This document shows positions 9,920 through 20,565 of a stretch of 64,000 bases of DNA, in pieces. Where the stretch lies: positions 128,001 through 192,000 of the forward strand of contig CAVTJJ010000003.1 in assembly GCA_963735035.1 (NCBI GenBank). The letters run 5' to 3'. A program made the position numbers and the translations under genes. Origin of the DNA: an uncultured candidate division Zixibacteria bacterium (GTDB taxonomy: Bacteria > Zixibacteria > MSB-5A5 > GN15 > FEB-12). Below the pieces are notes generated by a model. The model saw only the letters and a program-made list of their open reading frames with translations. It did no database searches and had not been told where the DNA came from. Positions within the stretch are counted from its first letter, which is position 1. Each line of letters begins with the position of its first letter.

Positions 9920-10380
9920 ATTTGAAACGTCAGCAATTGGTATACGCCGTCAAGATTTCGATTGCGAGTCTGAAGAGCAAAGATGAAGTGCTGAAAAAGA
10001 CGGTTGATCTGATTGATTCTTTTTCGCCCGATTTCAACTGGACGGGAATCTATATGCTCAAGGGAAATGTCCTCGAAGTCGGGCCTTACGTTGGACCGGT
10101 CACCGAGCATACCCGGATCGAGCTCAACAAAGGTATTTGCGGCGCGGCGGCCTCGCAGAAGAAGAGCATCATCGTTGACGACGTCAACGCCGATCCGAGG
10201 TTTCTTGCTTGCTCGCTAACTACCCGCTCAGAGATTGTCGTGCCGTTGCTGGACGAGCACAACTGCCTCGGTGAGATCGACATAGATTCTGACAAACCGA
10301 AGTATTTCACCGACGAGGACCGGCAGATGCTGGAAGAAATCGCGGCGGTGGTGGTAGAGCGGCTTCGACAGGTTGGATAG
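9916..10380 (+). CDS. msrC: GAF domain protein, free Met-R-sulfoxide reductase-like
   Basis: NWTGIY, GICG, FLAC, SEIVVP, IDIDS. Confidence 0.75.
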   Translation: MNLKRQQLVYAVKISIASLKSKDEVLKKTVDLIDSFSPDFNWTGIYMLKGNVLEVGPYVGPVTEHTRIELNKGICGAAASQKKSIIVDDVNADPRFLACSLTTRSEIVVPLLDEHNCLGEIDIDSDKPKYFTDEDRQMLEEIAAVVVERLRQVG

Positions 10381-10492
10381 TTCCCGCGAGCTCAACTGCC
10401 GATTCTTACAATCCCCTCTGCAACCTTTTTGTTGTCTCGGCGGTCTGTGTGGATATTACTTTGTCCGCTTGTAACGAAAGGAGAATGCGGCA

Positions 10493-10648
10493 ATGTTCAC
10501 TGGAGTCCTCCTGCTGATATTCGGTATCCTGATGGTGCTAGAACGAATGGACATCATTCACGGCTCCGTCTGGGGCTACCTGGTCCCGGCCGCCCTGATC
10601 GCCCTCGGCATCGACTTCATCTTGAAGAGATCACGCCACAATAGATAA
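10493..10648 (+). CDS. Small 2-TM membrane protein (DUF5668/LiaI-like), 51 aa, absent from ORF track
   Basis: AAAGGAG RBS; MFTGVLLLIFGILMVLERMDIIHGSVWGYLVPAALIALGIDFILKRSRHNR; stop 1 nt before next ATG. Confidence 0.8.
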   Translation: MFTGVLLLIFGILMVLERMDIIHGSVWGYLVPAALIALGIDFILKRSRHNR

Positions 10649-10649
10649 G

Positions 10650-10982
10650 ATGTCCTCCGAGAAATTCCATTTCGATGTCACCGGCGAAGGCCTGACCGTC
10701 TTTTTGGGACCGTCGGAAGCCCGCCTGATGGAGCTGGCCTGGGCGGTACCGCGTTTGACGGTCAAGAGCGCCCTGATACATCTCGGCGACACCGGCGGCA
10801 CGGCCTACACCACGGTTTCGACACTGCTGAATCGCCTGACAGACAAGAGACTCCTGACCCGGCACAAGGACGGGCGAAATTTTGTCTACGAGGCCGCGAT
10901 CGGGCGGGAAGAATTCCTTCGTAGCCGACTGGATAGCGTGCTCAATTGCCTCAAGCGAAATTTCGGCGCCCAGGGTTCCTGA
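10650..10982 (+). CDS. BlaI/MecI/CopY family transcriptional repressor
   Basis: LGPSEARLMELAW, AYTTVSTLLNRL.DK.LL.R.K.GRNFVY. Confidence 0.9.
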   Translation: MSSEKFHFDVTGEGLTVFLGPSEARLMELAWAVPRLTVKSALIHLGDTGGTAYTTVSTLLNRLTDKRLLTRHKDGRNFVYEAAIGREEFLRSRLDSVLNCLKRNFGAQGS

Positions 10983-11023
10983 CGTGGCTAACTGCACCTG
11001 CCTTTTGATCCGATGAACTAACT

Positions 11024-11695
11024 ATGTCACTGAAACTGGCTCTGGCGGCGCTTCTTCTGGGGATGGCCACAACCGTGGCCGCAAACCAGTTCGTGCGCGT
11101 GGCGGGCAAGGTCGAAGTTCCCGTGCCGGACGGCTGGCATCTGGCCACCGATACTACCGCGTTTCCGGTCCAACTGGTTCACCGGAGTGACTCCGCCGAG
11201 ATACTGATTTTTCGGTCCGACATCGGTCAGGACGATATGATTTCCGACGAACATGATTTGAAGAAATCGGTCGATCTGGTCATCAACGAAGTAATCAAGA
11301 CGCTTCCCGACGGCCGCCTCAGGGTGTCAAGCGGTTTCTATGACGAGTATCGCACCGGGTTTACGCTGGAATTCGCGTCGATTGACAGTGTCAGCGGCGT
11401 ACCGCTTGAGCACAGCATTCGAGGAATTATCTACCGTCTGCCGGATAAACGTCAGGTGATGTTCACGGTCTGGGGGAAGGCGGCGGCCACCTCCTGGCCG
11501 GGCGTTCGGGAGGCGGTTAAGGTCGTGCAGGATGAATTCGCCTTCCGCGGGCAGTACGAGCGGGAAGTTTTTGGCGGAAAGAAGTTCGCCTACTGGCCGG
11601 TGATACTGGTGGGAGTCGGGTTGATCGGGCTCTTCTTGCTACGCCCCAAACGAAGAAAGGCGGCCGTGCAACCACCGCCTGCTAATCCATTATAG
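11024..11695 (+). CDS. Hypothetical exported protein with C-terminal membrane anchor
   Basis: Signal peptide; C-terminal TM helix followed by RPKRRK. Confidence 0.75.
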   Translation: MSLKLALAALLLGMATTVAANQFVRVAGKVEVPVPDGWHLATDTTAFPVQLVHRSDSAEILIFRSDIGQDDMISDEHDLKKSVDLVINEVIKTLPDGRLRVSSGFYDEYRTGFTLEFASIDSVSGVPLEHSIRGIIYRLPDKRQVMFTVWGKAAATSWPGVREAVKVVQDEFAFRGQYEREVFGGKKFAYWPVILVGVGLIGLFLLRPKRRKAAVQPPPANPL

Positions 11696-11715
11696 TAGAG
11701 TAGGACTCTGGACCT

Positions 11716-11893
11716 GTCATCGCTGGGCGCGCTATACATGGCGCAGTCATCGCGAGGCCGCCCTTGGCGGCCGTGGCGATCTCATCTCCCCGGGCGGCAG
11801 GTCACACGCCCCGAGGCGGGGCGCAAGACCTGCCGCAACGCCATTACTAGAGTGCCCGGTCCGCCGCGGCGGGCCATCTCCGCTCGCAATGAC
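11716..11893. repeat. Mosaic REP cluster
   Basis: GTCATCGCGAG...GTGGCGATCTC, CGGCAGGTC...GACCTGCCGCAAC and CTCGCAATGAC units between convergent genes. Confidence 0.65.
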
Positions 11894-11912
11894 TTGGAAT
11901 GTGACTTCTTCC

Positions 11913-12332
11913 TCACCGCTCTTCCAGCTCTATCAAAACTCCGTGAGTATCCGAGGGGTGGACGAAAGCAATGCGGTGCCCTTCGGCGCCAAGCCTGGGT
12001 GTTTCGTCGATCAGGCGAACCCCTGCCGCTTTCATCTCAGCCAGCTTTGATTCGATGTCATCCACGTACAGGCAGATATGATGCAGTCCTTCACCCCGTT
12101 TAGCTATGAAGCGCGCGATGGGGCTGTCGTCGGAGGTTGCCTGAAGAAGTTCAATCCGGCCACCCGGCACGGTTTTCGACTCGGGTGAATCAAAGATGGC
12201 GACGCGAACTTTTTGATCCGCGACTTCCGTAAGAGAGCCCGGCTTGACACCGAGCAAAGTCTGATAGAATGAAACGGCGGCGGCGAGATCAGAAACCGCA
12301 ATACCTATATGTGAGACTGACGGCCGCGCCAT
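11913..12332 (-). CDS. mce: Methylmalonyl-CoA epimerase
   Basis: HIGIAV, IELL, GEGLHHI, FVHP, GVLIEL; cluster context. Confidence 0.93.
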   Translation of the reverse strand: MARPSVSHIGIAVSDLAAAVSFYQTLLGVKPGSLTEVADQKVRVAIFDSPESKTVPGGRIELLQATSDDSPIARFIAKRGEGLHHICLYVDDIESKLAEMKAAGVRLIDETPRLGAEGHRIAFVHPSDTHGVLIELEER

Positions 12333-12338
12333 GTTCGC

Positions 12339-12860
12339 CTACCACTTTTCTTTTTCTTCGGCGGCGGCGGCGGAATCCGCCTTGCGGCGGCGTTCCTCGA
12401 AATCACGCTGCTGTTTCAGCGTGCTCATCGTCGGTCGAATCCAGTGCCCCCGATGATAGTACATGGTCCATTCCTGAGGCAGATGAGTCGTATCATTCGT
12501 CGGACCGACAAAGACCACGTCGACCGAAACGTGAGCGGAATCGCGATCGAAGAATTTGACATCCTTCACTACGAACGCATTCACCGTGTCGGCTTCCATC
12601 TTCTTGACCTTGGGGATTTCCAGATACTTGTCGTACGTATATTCGATCTGGGCGTATTCGAACTCCTGCTCGTACAACATTACTTTATCGCCGTAATGCC
12701 AGCGAATGGCGGTCTCGGTGATCGTGGAATCGATCTGGCGACGGTCTTCGTCATAATTCTGAATTCCGCCCTTACTTGCGCTCTTGTCGGACGAGCATCC
12801 CCATGCGAGAGCGACCAGCACCACGAGAATTGCAAAGGCATACGATCTACTTATTGTCAT
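12339..12860 (-). CDS. Hypothetical lipoprotein
   Basis: Start MTISRSY overlapping the mutase stop; lipobox LAWG-C. Confidence 0.7.
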   Translation of the reverse strand: MTISRSYAFAILVVLVALAWGCSSDKSASKGGIQNYDEDRRQIDSTITETAIRWHYGDKVMLYEQEFEYAQIEYTYDKYLEIPKVKKMEADTVNAFVVKDVKFFDRDSAHVSVDVVFVGPTNDTTHLPQEWTMYYHRGHWIRPTMSTLKQQRDFEERRRKADSAAAAEEKEKW

Positions 12861-14421
12861 GATATTCACCCCAGACTTTTCGAAAGACATCAGAAATTTC
12901 GCCCACTGTCGCGTAGGCCTCGACTGCTTCGAGCACCGGCGGCACCAGGTTGTCATCGCCTTCGGCAGCCGCCTGTACCCGCTTCAGGGATTCACGGACC
13001 TTAGCCGCGTCGCGCTTGTCTCTTAGAGCCTTCAAACGTTGGACCTGTCGACCCTCAAGTTCGGGATCGACTTTGAGCACCGACGGCACTTCAGGCTGAG
13101 AGGACTTGAACTTGTTGACTCCGACCACGATTGTTTCTTCTCGTTCCACGCTTCGTTGATATTCATACGCCGAACGCCCGATAGCGTTCCGATAATAACC
13201 GCTTTCGATGCACTGGATCGAACCACCCTGACGTTCGATTTCAGCCATTTCCGTCTTGATTTTTGTCTCCAGTTGTTCGCCGAGATACTCGACCAGGACC
13301 GACCCGGCAAGCGGATCGGCGCTATTGGTGACACCCGATTCGTGCGCCAGGATTTGTTGGGTCCGGAGCGCTATCTCGACGGCCTTTTCGGTCGGCAGCG
13401 CCAGGGCTTCGTCAAACGAATTGGTATGGAGTGACTGCGTCCCACCAAGAACCGCGGCGAGCGCCTGCATGGTAGTGCGAATAATGTTGTTTTCGGGCTG
13501 CTGGGCAGTCAGGGTCGATCCGCCCGTCTGAGTGTGAAAGCGAAGCAACAGCGAACGCTCGTCCCTGGCTCCGAATTGGTCTTTCATGATTCCTGCCCAT
13601 AGACGACGTGCCGTACGGAACTTGGCAACTTCCTCGAACAAATCATTGTGAGCGGCGAAGAAGAACGACAAGCGGGGCGCGAATTCGTCCACCGGAAGAC
13701 CGGCGTCGAGCGCCGCCTGCACATACGCGATCGCGTTGGACAGCGTGAACGCCACTTCCTGCACCGCGGTGGCGCCCGCCTCGCGGATATGATAACCAGA
13801 GATGGAAATCGTGTTGTATTTCGGCAGATGTGGTTTGGCGTAGGCGAAGATATCGGTCACGATCCGCATCGACGGTCGCGGCGGAAGTATGTAGGTCCCC
13901 CGCGCAATGAATTCCTTCAGTATGTCGTTCTGGATCGTTCCTGAAAGCTGCTCCGGAGCGACACCCTGCTTGCGGCCAACCGCGATGTACATGGCCAATA
14001 GAATGACCGCCGTGGAGTTGATCGTCATAGATGTGGACACTTTGTCCAGCGGAATGCCGACAAAGAGACGTTCCATGTCTTCGAGCGAATCAATGGCCAC
14101 GCCGGTGCGGCCAACTTCTCCGCGTGCCAACGGATGATCAGAGTCATACCCTATTTGGGTCGCCAGGTCGAAAGCGACTGACAGTCCGGTCTGCCCTTTT
14201 TCGAGCAGGTAGCGGAAGCGACGGTTGGTTTCCTCAGCGGTACCAAAGCCGGCATATTGCCGCATCGTCCATGGACGGGTCCGGTACATGTCGGGATAAA
14301 CGCCGCGCGTAAACGGGTACTCGCCGGGTCTTTCGGAATGGTTGACCGGGGCGATGTCGGCCGAAGTCAAAACCGGCGGAATCTCTATTCCCGAAGTGGT
14401 AAAGCGCTTACGTTCGGTCAT
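12847..14421 (-). CDS. mcmA: Methylmalonyl-CoA mutase, large (substrate-binding) subunit
   Basis: WTMRQYAGF (Tyr) and KEFIARGTY (Arg) MCM determinants; [11 protein letters not shown]; no B12 domain. Confidence 0.92.
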   Translation of the reverse strand: MTERKRFTTSGIEIPPVLTSADIAPVNHSERPGEYPFTRGVYPDMYRTRPWTMRQYAGFGTAEETNRRFRYLLEKGQTGLSVAFDLATQIGYDSDHPLARGEVGRTGVAIDSLEDMERLFVGIPLDKVSTSMTINSTAVILLAMYIAVGRKQGVAPEQLSGTIQNDILKEFIARGTYILPPRPSMRIVTDIFAYAKPHLPKYNTISISGYHIREAGATAVQEVAFTLSNAIAYVQAALDAGLPVDEFAPRLSFFFAAHNDLFEEVAKFRTARRLWAGIMKDQFGARDERSLLLRFHTQTGGSTLTAQQPENNIIRTTMQALAAVLGGTQSLHTNSFDEALALPTEKAVEIALRTQQILAHESGVTNSADPLAGSVLVEYLGEQLETKIKTEMAEIERQGGSIQCIESGYYRNAIGRSAYEYQRSVEREETIVVGVNKFKSSQPEVPSVLKVDPELEGRQVQRLKALRDKRDAAKVRESLKRVQAAAEGDDNLVPPVLEAVEAYATVGEISDVFRKVWGEYHDNK

Positions 14422-14940
14422 CTATTCGAACTCCAGAAGGGTCATCCCCTTCTCTACCGACTGACCTATTTGCGCGGACATCGACTTGATCCTGCCGGGG
14501 CTCTTGGCCTTGAGGACGTTTTCCATTTTCATAGCTTCGATCACGACGAGCGGCTCGCCCGCCTTGACTTCCTGTCCCGCTTCAACCCGGATTTGCACAA
14601 CCAGACCCGGCATGGGCGCTTTGAAGCGTGTCTCCGCCTGGACCGCGGCACCTATTCCGGCCGCCTTGCGCATTTGAGCCAGAGCAAAATCCTCGATCAC
14701 CAGCGGAATGTCCCGCCCGCGCGTGAAAACCATCCGTTCGCCTACCACCGCGCCACCATTGCTGCGAACATCCGCCTCGAAACAGACGTTGTCGATCAGA
14801 AGCAGCCAGCGGTTATCGCGAAGCTTGTGCACGACCACTTTGCGGGATCTACCGTTGACGGTTACATCCAGATGGTCGGACATATAGTCGAGGCTGATGT
14901 CATACTCCCGATCGTGAACCGTGACCGTGTAGCGCGCCAT
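14422..14940 (-). CDS. Biotin carboxyl carrier protein
   Basis: APMPG and EAMKM biotinylation motif. Confidence 0.93.
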   Translation of the reverse strand: MARYTVTVHDREYDISLDYMSDHLDVTVNGRSRKVVVHKLRDNRWLLLIDNVCFEADVRSNGGAVVGERMVFTRGRDIPLVIEDFALAQMRKAAGIGAAVQAETRFKAPMPGLVVQIRVEAGQEVKAGEPLVVIEAMKMENVLKAKSPGRIKSMSAQIGQSVEKGMTLLEFE

Positions 14941-16469
14941 CAGCGTGAACCTCCGAATTTGCGCAGGCCCGATTCGCGATGGAACCTGATCCAGCCGGGA
15001 TTGTTGTCCGACGGACCTGCGTCCGCCGGCGAGACTCGTCGCTCTGTCAGAAGCTTTTCCACGGCCGCGGCGATGGCAGCCCCTTCTATAATGAGATCAT
15101 CGTGGGTGCTGTAATCATTGTCGGGATATTCTTCCGCCAGAAACTTAGTAGAGAAATCCCCTTTGATGAATCGCTCGTTCTGAATGATGCTCTGATGCGA
15201 GCTGAGGGTCGTCTTGACGCCGGACACGCGGTATTCTTCGAGAGCCCGCCGCATGCGTGACAGCGCCTCGGACCGATCGCGCCCCCAGGTGAGAAGCTTG
15301 GCGATCATCGGATCATAGTAGATTGGAATTTCTGAATGAACCAGGACGCCGGAATCGACCCGCACACCCGGTCCGGCCGGAGTACGATAATTGTTCAGCT
15401 TGCCCGTGCTTGGCAGGAAACCGGAATCAGGGTCTTCGGCATAGATGCGGCATTCGATGGCGTGACCGCGGAGAGTTATATCTTCCTGCTTCAGGCGGAG
15501 CGGCTGGCCTTCAGCGATGGCGAATTGCTCCTGCACGAGGTCGATTCCGGTGACCATCTCGGTCACGGGATGTTCCACCTGAAGGCGGGTATTGACTTCG
15601 AGGAAATAGAACGACAGGTCCTGATCGACCAGAAATTCGACCGTCCCGGCGCCGACATACACCGAAGCGCGGGCGATACCGAGCGCCGCCTCACCCATCT
15701 TTTCGCGCAACTCGGGGGTCATCACTACCGATGGCGATTCTTCGATTACTTTCTGATGGCGCCGCTGGATGGAACATTCGCGCTCGCCCAGATGAATGCA
15801 GTTGCCGTGTTGATCGCAGAGGATTTGTATTTCAATGTGTCGCGGCGCGGGCAGATATTTCTCTAGAAAGACGCGACCATCACCGAACGCCGAAGTCGCC
15901 TCGCGACTGGCTGAAGCGAGCGCTTCTTTGAACGCTTCGCCGGACTCGACCACGCGCATCCCCTTACCGCCGCCACCGGCCGCCGCCTTAACGAGAATAG
16001 GATATCCGGCCTGCGCACCGAAAAGCTGAGCGGTGCTGAAATCTTCAGCGCCGATAGCGGTCCCCGGCACTACCGGCAAACCGGCTTTGAGAGCCATAGC
16101 TCGAGCGGCAAGTTTATCGCCGAGAAGTTTGATCGTTTCGGGCTTGGGGCCGATGAAGATAATCCCTTCGTCGATACAACGCTGGGCGAATTCGGCGTTT
16201 TCGGCGAGAAAGCCATACCCCGGATGGATCGCATCTGCGCCGGATTGCTTTGCCACAGCGATGATATTGTCGATGACAAGATAGCTTTGGTTCGCCGGTG
16301 ACGGACCGATATGATACGCCTCGTCGGCCACACGCACATGATAGGCGGTCTGATCGCAATCCGAGAAGACGGCGACCGAAGTAATGCCGCTCTCCTGACA
16401 GGCGCGAATCACCCGAATAGCAATTTCGCCTCGGTTGGCGATCAGAATTTTCTTGATCGGCGTGGGCAT
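14940..16469 (-). CDS. accC: Biotin carboxylase subunit of acyl-CoA carboxylase
   Basis: ILIANRGEIA, HPGYGFLAEN, GGGGKGMR, RECSIQRRHQK, EVNTRLQVEH. Confidence 0.93.
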   Translation of the reverse strand: MPTPIKKILIANRGEIAIRVIRACQESGITSVAVFSDCDQTAYHVRVADEAYHIGPSPANQSYLVIDNIIAVAKQSGADAIHPGYGFLAENAEFAQRCIDEGIIFIGPKPETIKLLGDKLAARAMALKAGLPVVPGTAIGAEDFSTAQLFGAQAGYPILVKAAAGGGGKGMRVVESGEAFKEALASASREATSAFGDGRVFLEKYLPAPRHIEIQILCDQHGNCIHLGERECSIQRRHQKVIEESPSVVMTPELREKMGEAALGIARASVYVGAGTVEFLVDQDLSFYFLEVNTRLQVEHPVTEMVTGIDLVQEQFAIAEGQPLRLKQEDITLRGHAIECRIYAEDPDSGFLPSTGKLNNYRTPAGPGVRVDSGVLVHSEIPIYYDPMIAKLLTWGRDRSEALSRMRRALEEYRVSGVKTTLSSHQSIIQNERFIKGDFSTKFLAEEYPDNDYSTHDDLIIEGAAIAAAVEKLLTERRVSPADAGPSDNNPGWIRFHRESGLRKFGGSR

Positions 16470-16487
16470 GATTCTTCGACCCAATTC

Positions 16488-18038
16488 CTACAGCGGAATG
16501 TTCCCGTGCTTCTTGGGCGGGTTGGAATCTTTCTTGCTATTGAGCATCTCGAACGCGCGAATCAAACGCGGGCGGGTCGTTTTCGGCTCGATGACATCAT
16601 CCACATAACCGCGCGCCGCCGCCACGTACGGATTGGCGAACTTCTCTCGGAATTCATCCGTCTTCTTCTGTATTTCCGCTTCGGGGTCAGTCGCCTCGTT
16701 AATGTCTTTCTTGAAAATGATCTCCACCGCACCCTTCGGCCCCATCACCGCAATTTCGGCGGTCGGCCAGGCGTAGTTCATGTCGCCACGGACATGTTTG
16801 GAGTTCATGACGTCGTATGCACCGCCGTACGCCTTGCGCGTGATGATCGTTACTTTCGGCACGGTCGCTTCGCAATAGGCATAGAGCAGCTTGGCACCGT
16901 TCTTAATGATGCCGCCGTGCTCCTGATCGACCCCCGGCATGAATCCGGGAACATCCTCGAATGTAACGAGCGGAATGTTAAAGCAGTCGCAGAACCGAAT
17001 AAATCGCGCACCCTTCGCGGATGAATTTATATCCAGCACCCCCGCCATCACCGCCGGCTGATTGGCGATAATGCCGATTGATCGTCCGCCCAAACGGGCG
17101 AAACCGACTACGATATTTTGCGCGAATTCCTCGTGCACTTCGAAGAACGTCCCTTCGTCCACCACCAACTTGATGACGTCCTTGATATCGTACGGGTGAT
17201 TCGGATTATCTGGCACGATTTGGTTGAGCGCTTCCGATTCGCGGTCGAGCGGATCATTGGTCGCCATCCACGGCGGATCTTCCAAGTTGTTCTGGGGAAT
17301 GTAGCTGAGCAGGCGCTTCAGTTTGTCGATGACGTCCGCTTCGTTCTCGCATGCGAAATGTGCGACGCCCGACTTCGACGCATGCACCATCGCGCCGCCG
17401 AGTTCTTCCGACGTCACTTGTTCGTGGGTCACCGTCTTGACCACGTTCGGTCCGGTGACAAACATATACGACGTCCCCTTGGTCATGAGCACGAAATCGG
17501 TAATGGCCGGGCTGTAAACCGCTCCGCCTGCACAGGGACCGAGTATGGCCGATATTTGCGGCACAACACCCGACGCGAGCGTGTTGAGCAGGAAGATATC
17601 GGCATAGCCTCCCAGCGACACAACGCCTTCCTGAATGCGCGCGCCGCCGGAATCGTTGAGGCCTATTACCGGCGCACCGACTTTCATGGCCATCTTCATG
17701 ATCTTGCAGACCTTCTCGGCGTGAGCCTCTGAGAGCGAGCCGCCGAAAACGGTGAAGTCCTGCGAGAAGATATACACCATGCGGCCGTTGATCTTGCCGC
17801 AGCCGGTGATGACGCCGTCGCCCAGGAATTTCTTGTCGGCCAGGCCGAAATCGGAAGACCGGTGCGTGACGAACGCGTCGAATTCCTCGAACGAATTCGG
17901 ATCGACCAGCAATTCAACTCGTTCGCGCGCGGTCAGCTTTCCCTTTTTGTGCTGGTCGTCAATGCGTTCCTTGCCGCCGCCCAGCTTCGACCGGGAGCGC
18001 ATCGCTTCCAGATGCTCGAGCTTTTCTTTGAGTGACAC
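16488..18038 (-). CDS. pccB: Propionyl-CoA carboxylase beta (carboxyltransferase) subunit
   Basis: [41 protein letters not shown]. Confidence 0.93.
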   Translation of the reverse strand: MSLKEKLEHLEAMRSRSKLGGGKERIDDQHKKGKLTARERVELLVDPNSFEEFDAFVTHRSSDFGLADKKFLGDGVITGCGKINGRMVYIFSQDFTVFGGSLSEAHAEKVCKIMKMAMKVGAPVIGLNDSGGARIQEGVVSLGGYADIFLLNTLASGVVPQISAILGPCAGGAVYSPAITDFVLMTKGTSYMFVTGPNVVKTVTHEQVTSEELGGAMVHASKSGVAHFACENEADVIDKLKRLLSYIPQNNLEDPPWMATNDPLDRESEALNQIVPDNPNHPYDIKDVIKLVVDEGTFFEVHEEFAQNIVVGFARLGGRSIGIIANQPAVMAGVLDINSSAKGARFIRFCDCFNIPLVTFEDVPGFMPGVDQEHGGIIKNGAKLLYAYCEATVPKVTIITRKAYGGAYDVMNSKHVRGDMNYAWPTAEIAVMGPKGAVEIIFKKDINEATDPEAEIQKKTDEFREKFANPYVAAARGYVDDVIEPKTTRPRLIRAFEMLNSKKDSNPPKKHGNIPL

Positions 18039-18055
18039 CCTCTGTTACCCCTTGG

Positions 18056-18910
18056 CTATTTGGTCTGCCCGGTCAGTTCGTCGATCGGGTGTGCGATCAG
18101 CTTGCCGTCCTGCTCGGTGAATTTCGCGAGCGGCGCCTCGATATCGTGATCGAACGCCATGATGACATCATGATTTACAATGCGCTTGAGCGCTTCCCGC
18201 TTGGCCGCCATTGACTCACGCGGCACCAGATCGGTCGCCGGCACAAACGGCACGCGCATGTGATGCTGCGACGGGAAAATATCGGCGTAATAGAACACCT
18301 GATGTCCTTCGGATTCCAATTCGAGCGCAAAATGATCTTCCGTGTGACCGCCGGTGCTTACCGCCCGGATACCGGGAAACAGCTCCGTATCTTCGTCGAT
18401 GAAGCTGACCAGTCCGGCTTGTTCGAGAGGCAGGAGCCGCGACGAGATATACACCGCCGATGTGCGCTCGTCTGGATGGATCGCCGCTTCCCATTCGTCA
18501 CGACTGATGATGTAACGGGCGTTCTTGAAGCGCGGGATATATTCGCCGTCCACCCGCTTTACTACTCCGCCGCAATGGTCGGTGTGCAAGTGGGTGAGAA
18601 TGACCACGTCGATATCGTCCGGAGTCAGGCCGAGTTTCTTCAATCCTGCTTCGAGATGGGAGACGCCGTCGGTGTTGTAAACCTTCTTCTCCCGGTCGGA
18701 CAACGTATCGCCCAGGCCGGCGTCGAACAGCATATTCTTGCCGTGCGCTTTGAGCACGAACATGTTGACGACCATCGGAATGAGGTTGTTCTCGTCCGAC
18801 GGCCATATTTTACCCCAGATTAGTTTGGGGATAACGCCAAACATCGAACCTCCGTCGAGCTTGAACTTCTGCTCGACGAAGGTTCTGATTTCAAATTGTC
18901 CGAATTTCAT
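18056..18910 (-). CDS. MBL-fold metallo-hydrolase (YtnP-like)
   Basis: LDGGSMFG, THLHTDHCGG, GGHT. Confidence 0.9.
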   Translation of the reverse strand: MKFGQFEIRTFVEQKFKLDGGSMFGVIPKLIWGKIWPSDENNLIPMVVNMFVLKAHGKNMLFDAGLGDTLSDREKKVYNTDGVSHLEAGLKKLGLTPDDIDVVILTHLHTDHCGGVVKRVDGEYIPRFKNARYIISRDEWEAAIHPDERTSAVYISSRLLPLEQAGLVSFIDEDTELFPGIRAVSTGGHTEDHFALELESEGHQVFYYADIFPSQHHMRVPFVPATDLVPRESMAAKREALKRIVNHDVIMAFDHDIEAPLAKFTEQDGKLIAHPIDELTGQTK

Positions 18911-20052
18911 CCGCGTCCTATGACACTGCCGGCAATAACCAGGCGCTGGATTTCCGACGTTCCTTCGTAAATCTCCAGAACGCGCTGATCGCGGTAGAGT
19001 TTCTCGATTGGCGAGAACTCACCGATATAGCCGTAACCACCGTGAATCTGCATAGCGCGGTCAACACAGAATCCCGCCGCCTCGGAGCAGAACAGTTTGG
19101 CCTGAGCCGCCTGAAGCGAGAAAGGCTCGCCTTTGTCCTGAAGCTGCGCCGCTTTGTAACACAACATGCGGGCCGCTTCGACCTGGGTGGACATATCGGC
19201 GATCATCCACTGGATCGCCTGCAATTTGGCAATCGGCTGACCGAACGCGATACGCTTCTTGGCATAGGCGATCGATTCATCGAGCGCTCTCTGCGCCACG
19301 CCCACGCCCTGCGCGGCCACGCCGATACGGGCGCCGTCGAGCGTCATCATGGCGTATCTGAAACCCTTGCCCGTCTCGCCGAGCAGGTTGGCTTTCGGCA
19401 CTTTGACGTCCTTGATGACGATCCCGCCGGTGGTGGCTGCGCGCATACCCATCTTATTCTTCAGGGTGCGCTTCTGCCAGCCGGGCTGGTCGGTTTCGAC
19501 AATCAGGGCTGACATCTTCGGAAGACCTTCAATCTTACAGAACAAGACGCCGATTTCGGCGGCATCGCCGTGCATGATGAAAATCTTCTCGCCGTTGACC
19601 AGGTAATGATCACCCTTGTCCACTGCCACGGTCTGAACGTTGGCGGCGTCGGAACCCGCCTGCGGCTCGGTCAGCACGAAGGCGCAGACTTTCTTTCCGG
19701 AAAGCAGGTCGGGGAGATATTTCTTCTTTTGCTCTTCGCTCGCGAAATAGACGATCGGATAACAGGCCAGCTCGCCCACGGCGCACAGGAGCCCGAAACC
19801 GGCGTCATGATAGCACAACTCCTCGATCAGGGTGATATACTCCATGTTGGATTTTCCCCTGCCGCCGTACTGGGTCGGGGAATTGTAGCCGATGAAACCG
19901 GCCTCGCCGAATTTGCGATACATGTCGCGCGGGAACGGGCGCGGTTCCGGTTTCTGATCCCATTCGACGGATACGGGATAGATGTGTTTTTCGGCGAACG
20001 CTTTGACTTCGTCGCGGACTGCTTGTTGTTTCGGATCAATGTTAAAAGGCAT
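18907..20052 (-). CDS. Short/branched-chain acyl-CoA dehydrogenase
   Basis: LTEPQAGSD, LDGARIG, QIHGGYGY, IYEGTSEIQR. Confidence 0.93.
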   Translation of the reverse strand: MPFNIDPKQQAVRDEVKAFAEKHIYPVSVEWDQKPEPRPFPRDMYRKFGEAGFIGYNSPTQYGGRGKSNMEYITLIEELCYHDAGFGLLCAVGELACYPIVYFASEEQKKKYLPDLLSGKKVCAFVLTEPQAGSDAANVQTVAVDKGDHYLVNGEKIFIMHGDAAEIGVLFCKIEGLPKMSALIVETDQPGWQKRTLKNKMGMRAATTGGIVIKDVKVPKANLLGETGKGFRYAMMTLDGARIGVAAQGVGVAQRALDESIAYAKKRIAFGQPIAKLQAIQWMIADMSTQVEAARMLCYKAAQLQDKGEPFSLQAAQAKLFCSEAAGFCVDRAMQIHGGYGYIGEFSPIEKLYRDQRVLEIYEGTSEIQRLVIAGSVIGRG

Positions 20053-20089
20053 TTTTCCTCCTGAACGATATATAAGAATCTCTTCCTTG

Positions 20090-20509
20090 CTACATTATCT
20101 GTTCGTTGCTCTTCTTCGCCTCGACCGCTTTTCTGAGGAAATCGATCGCATCCTCAGTGGCCGCGCCGGGCGTGAACAGTTTCGCCACACCCAACTTCTC
20201 CAGCTCTTCTTTGTCTTCGTCGGGGATGATCCCGCCGCCGAACAAGAGCATATCCTCCGCGCCGCGCCTCTTCATTTCGTCGAGGATCGCCGGAAACAGA
20301 GTCATGTGCGCGCCGGAGAGGACCGAGACGCCGATCGCATCGACATCTTCCTGCACGGCGGCATCGACCACCATTTCGGGGGTTTGGCGAAGGCCGGTGT
20401 AGATGACTTCGAACCCGGCGTCGCGGAAGGCCGCGGCGATGACTTTGATGCCGCGATCGTGGCCGTCAAGGCCGGGTTTGGCTAAGAGTACTCTGATTTT
20501 TTTGGACAT
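20090..20509 (-). CDS. Cobalamin-binding small subunit of acyl-CoA mutase
   Basis: [10 protein letters not shown] (DxHxxG), SVLSG, GGII. Confidence 0.95.
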   Translation of the reverse strand: MSKKIRVLLAKPGLDGHDRGIKVIAAAFRDAGFEVIYTGLRQTPEMVVDAAVQEDVDAIGVSVLSGAHMTLFPAILDEMKRRGAEDMLLFGGGIIPDEDKEELEKLGVAKLFTPGAATEDAIDFLRKAVEAKKSNEQIM

Positions 20510-20565
20510 AGATTTCTATCTCAACATCACCACTGGAACATTCATGCATTTGTTTCGAGTAAATC

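Noticed and set aside
18056..18910. Beta-lactamase resistance gene linked to the BlaI-like regulator
   Set aside because: No signal peptide, YtnP-like motifs, embedded in a metabolic operon 7 kb from the regulator
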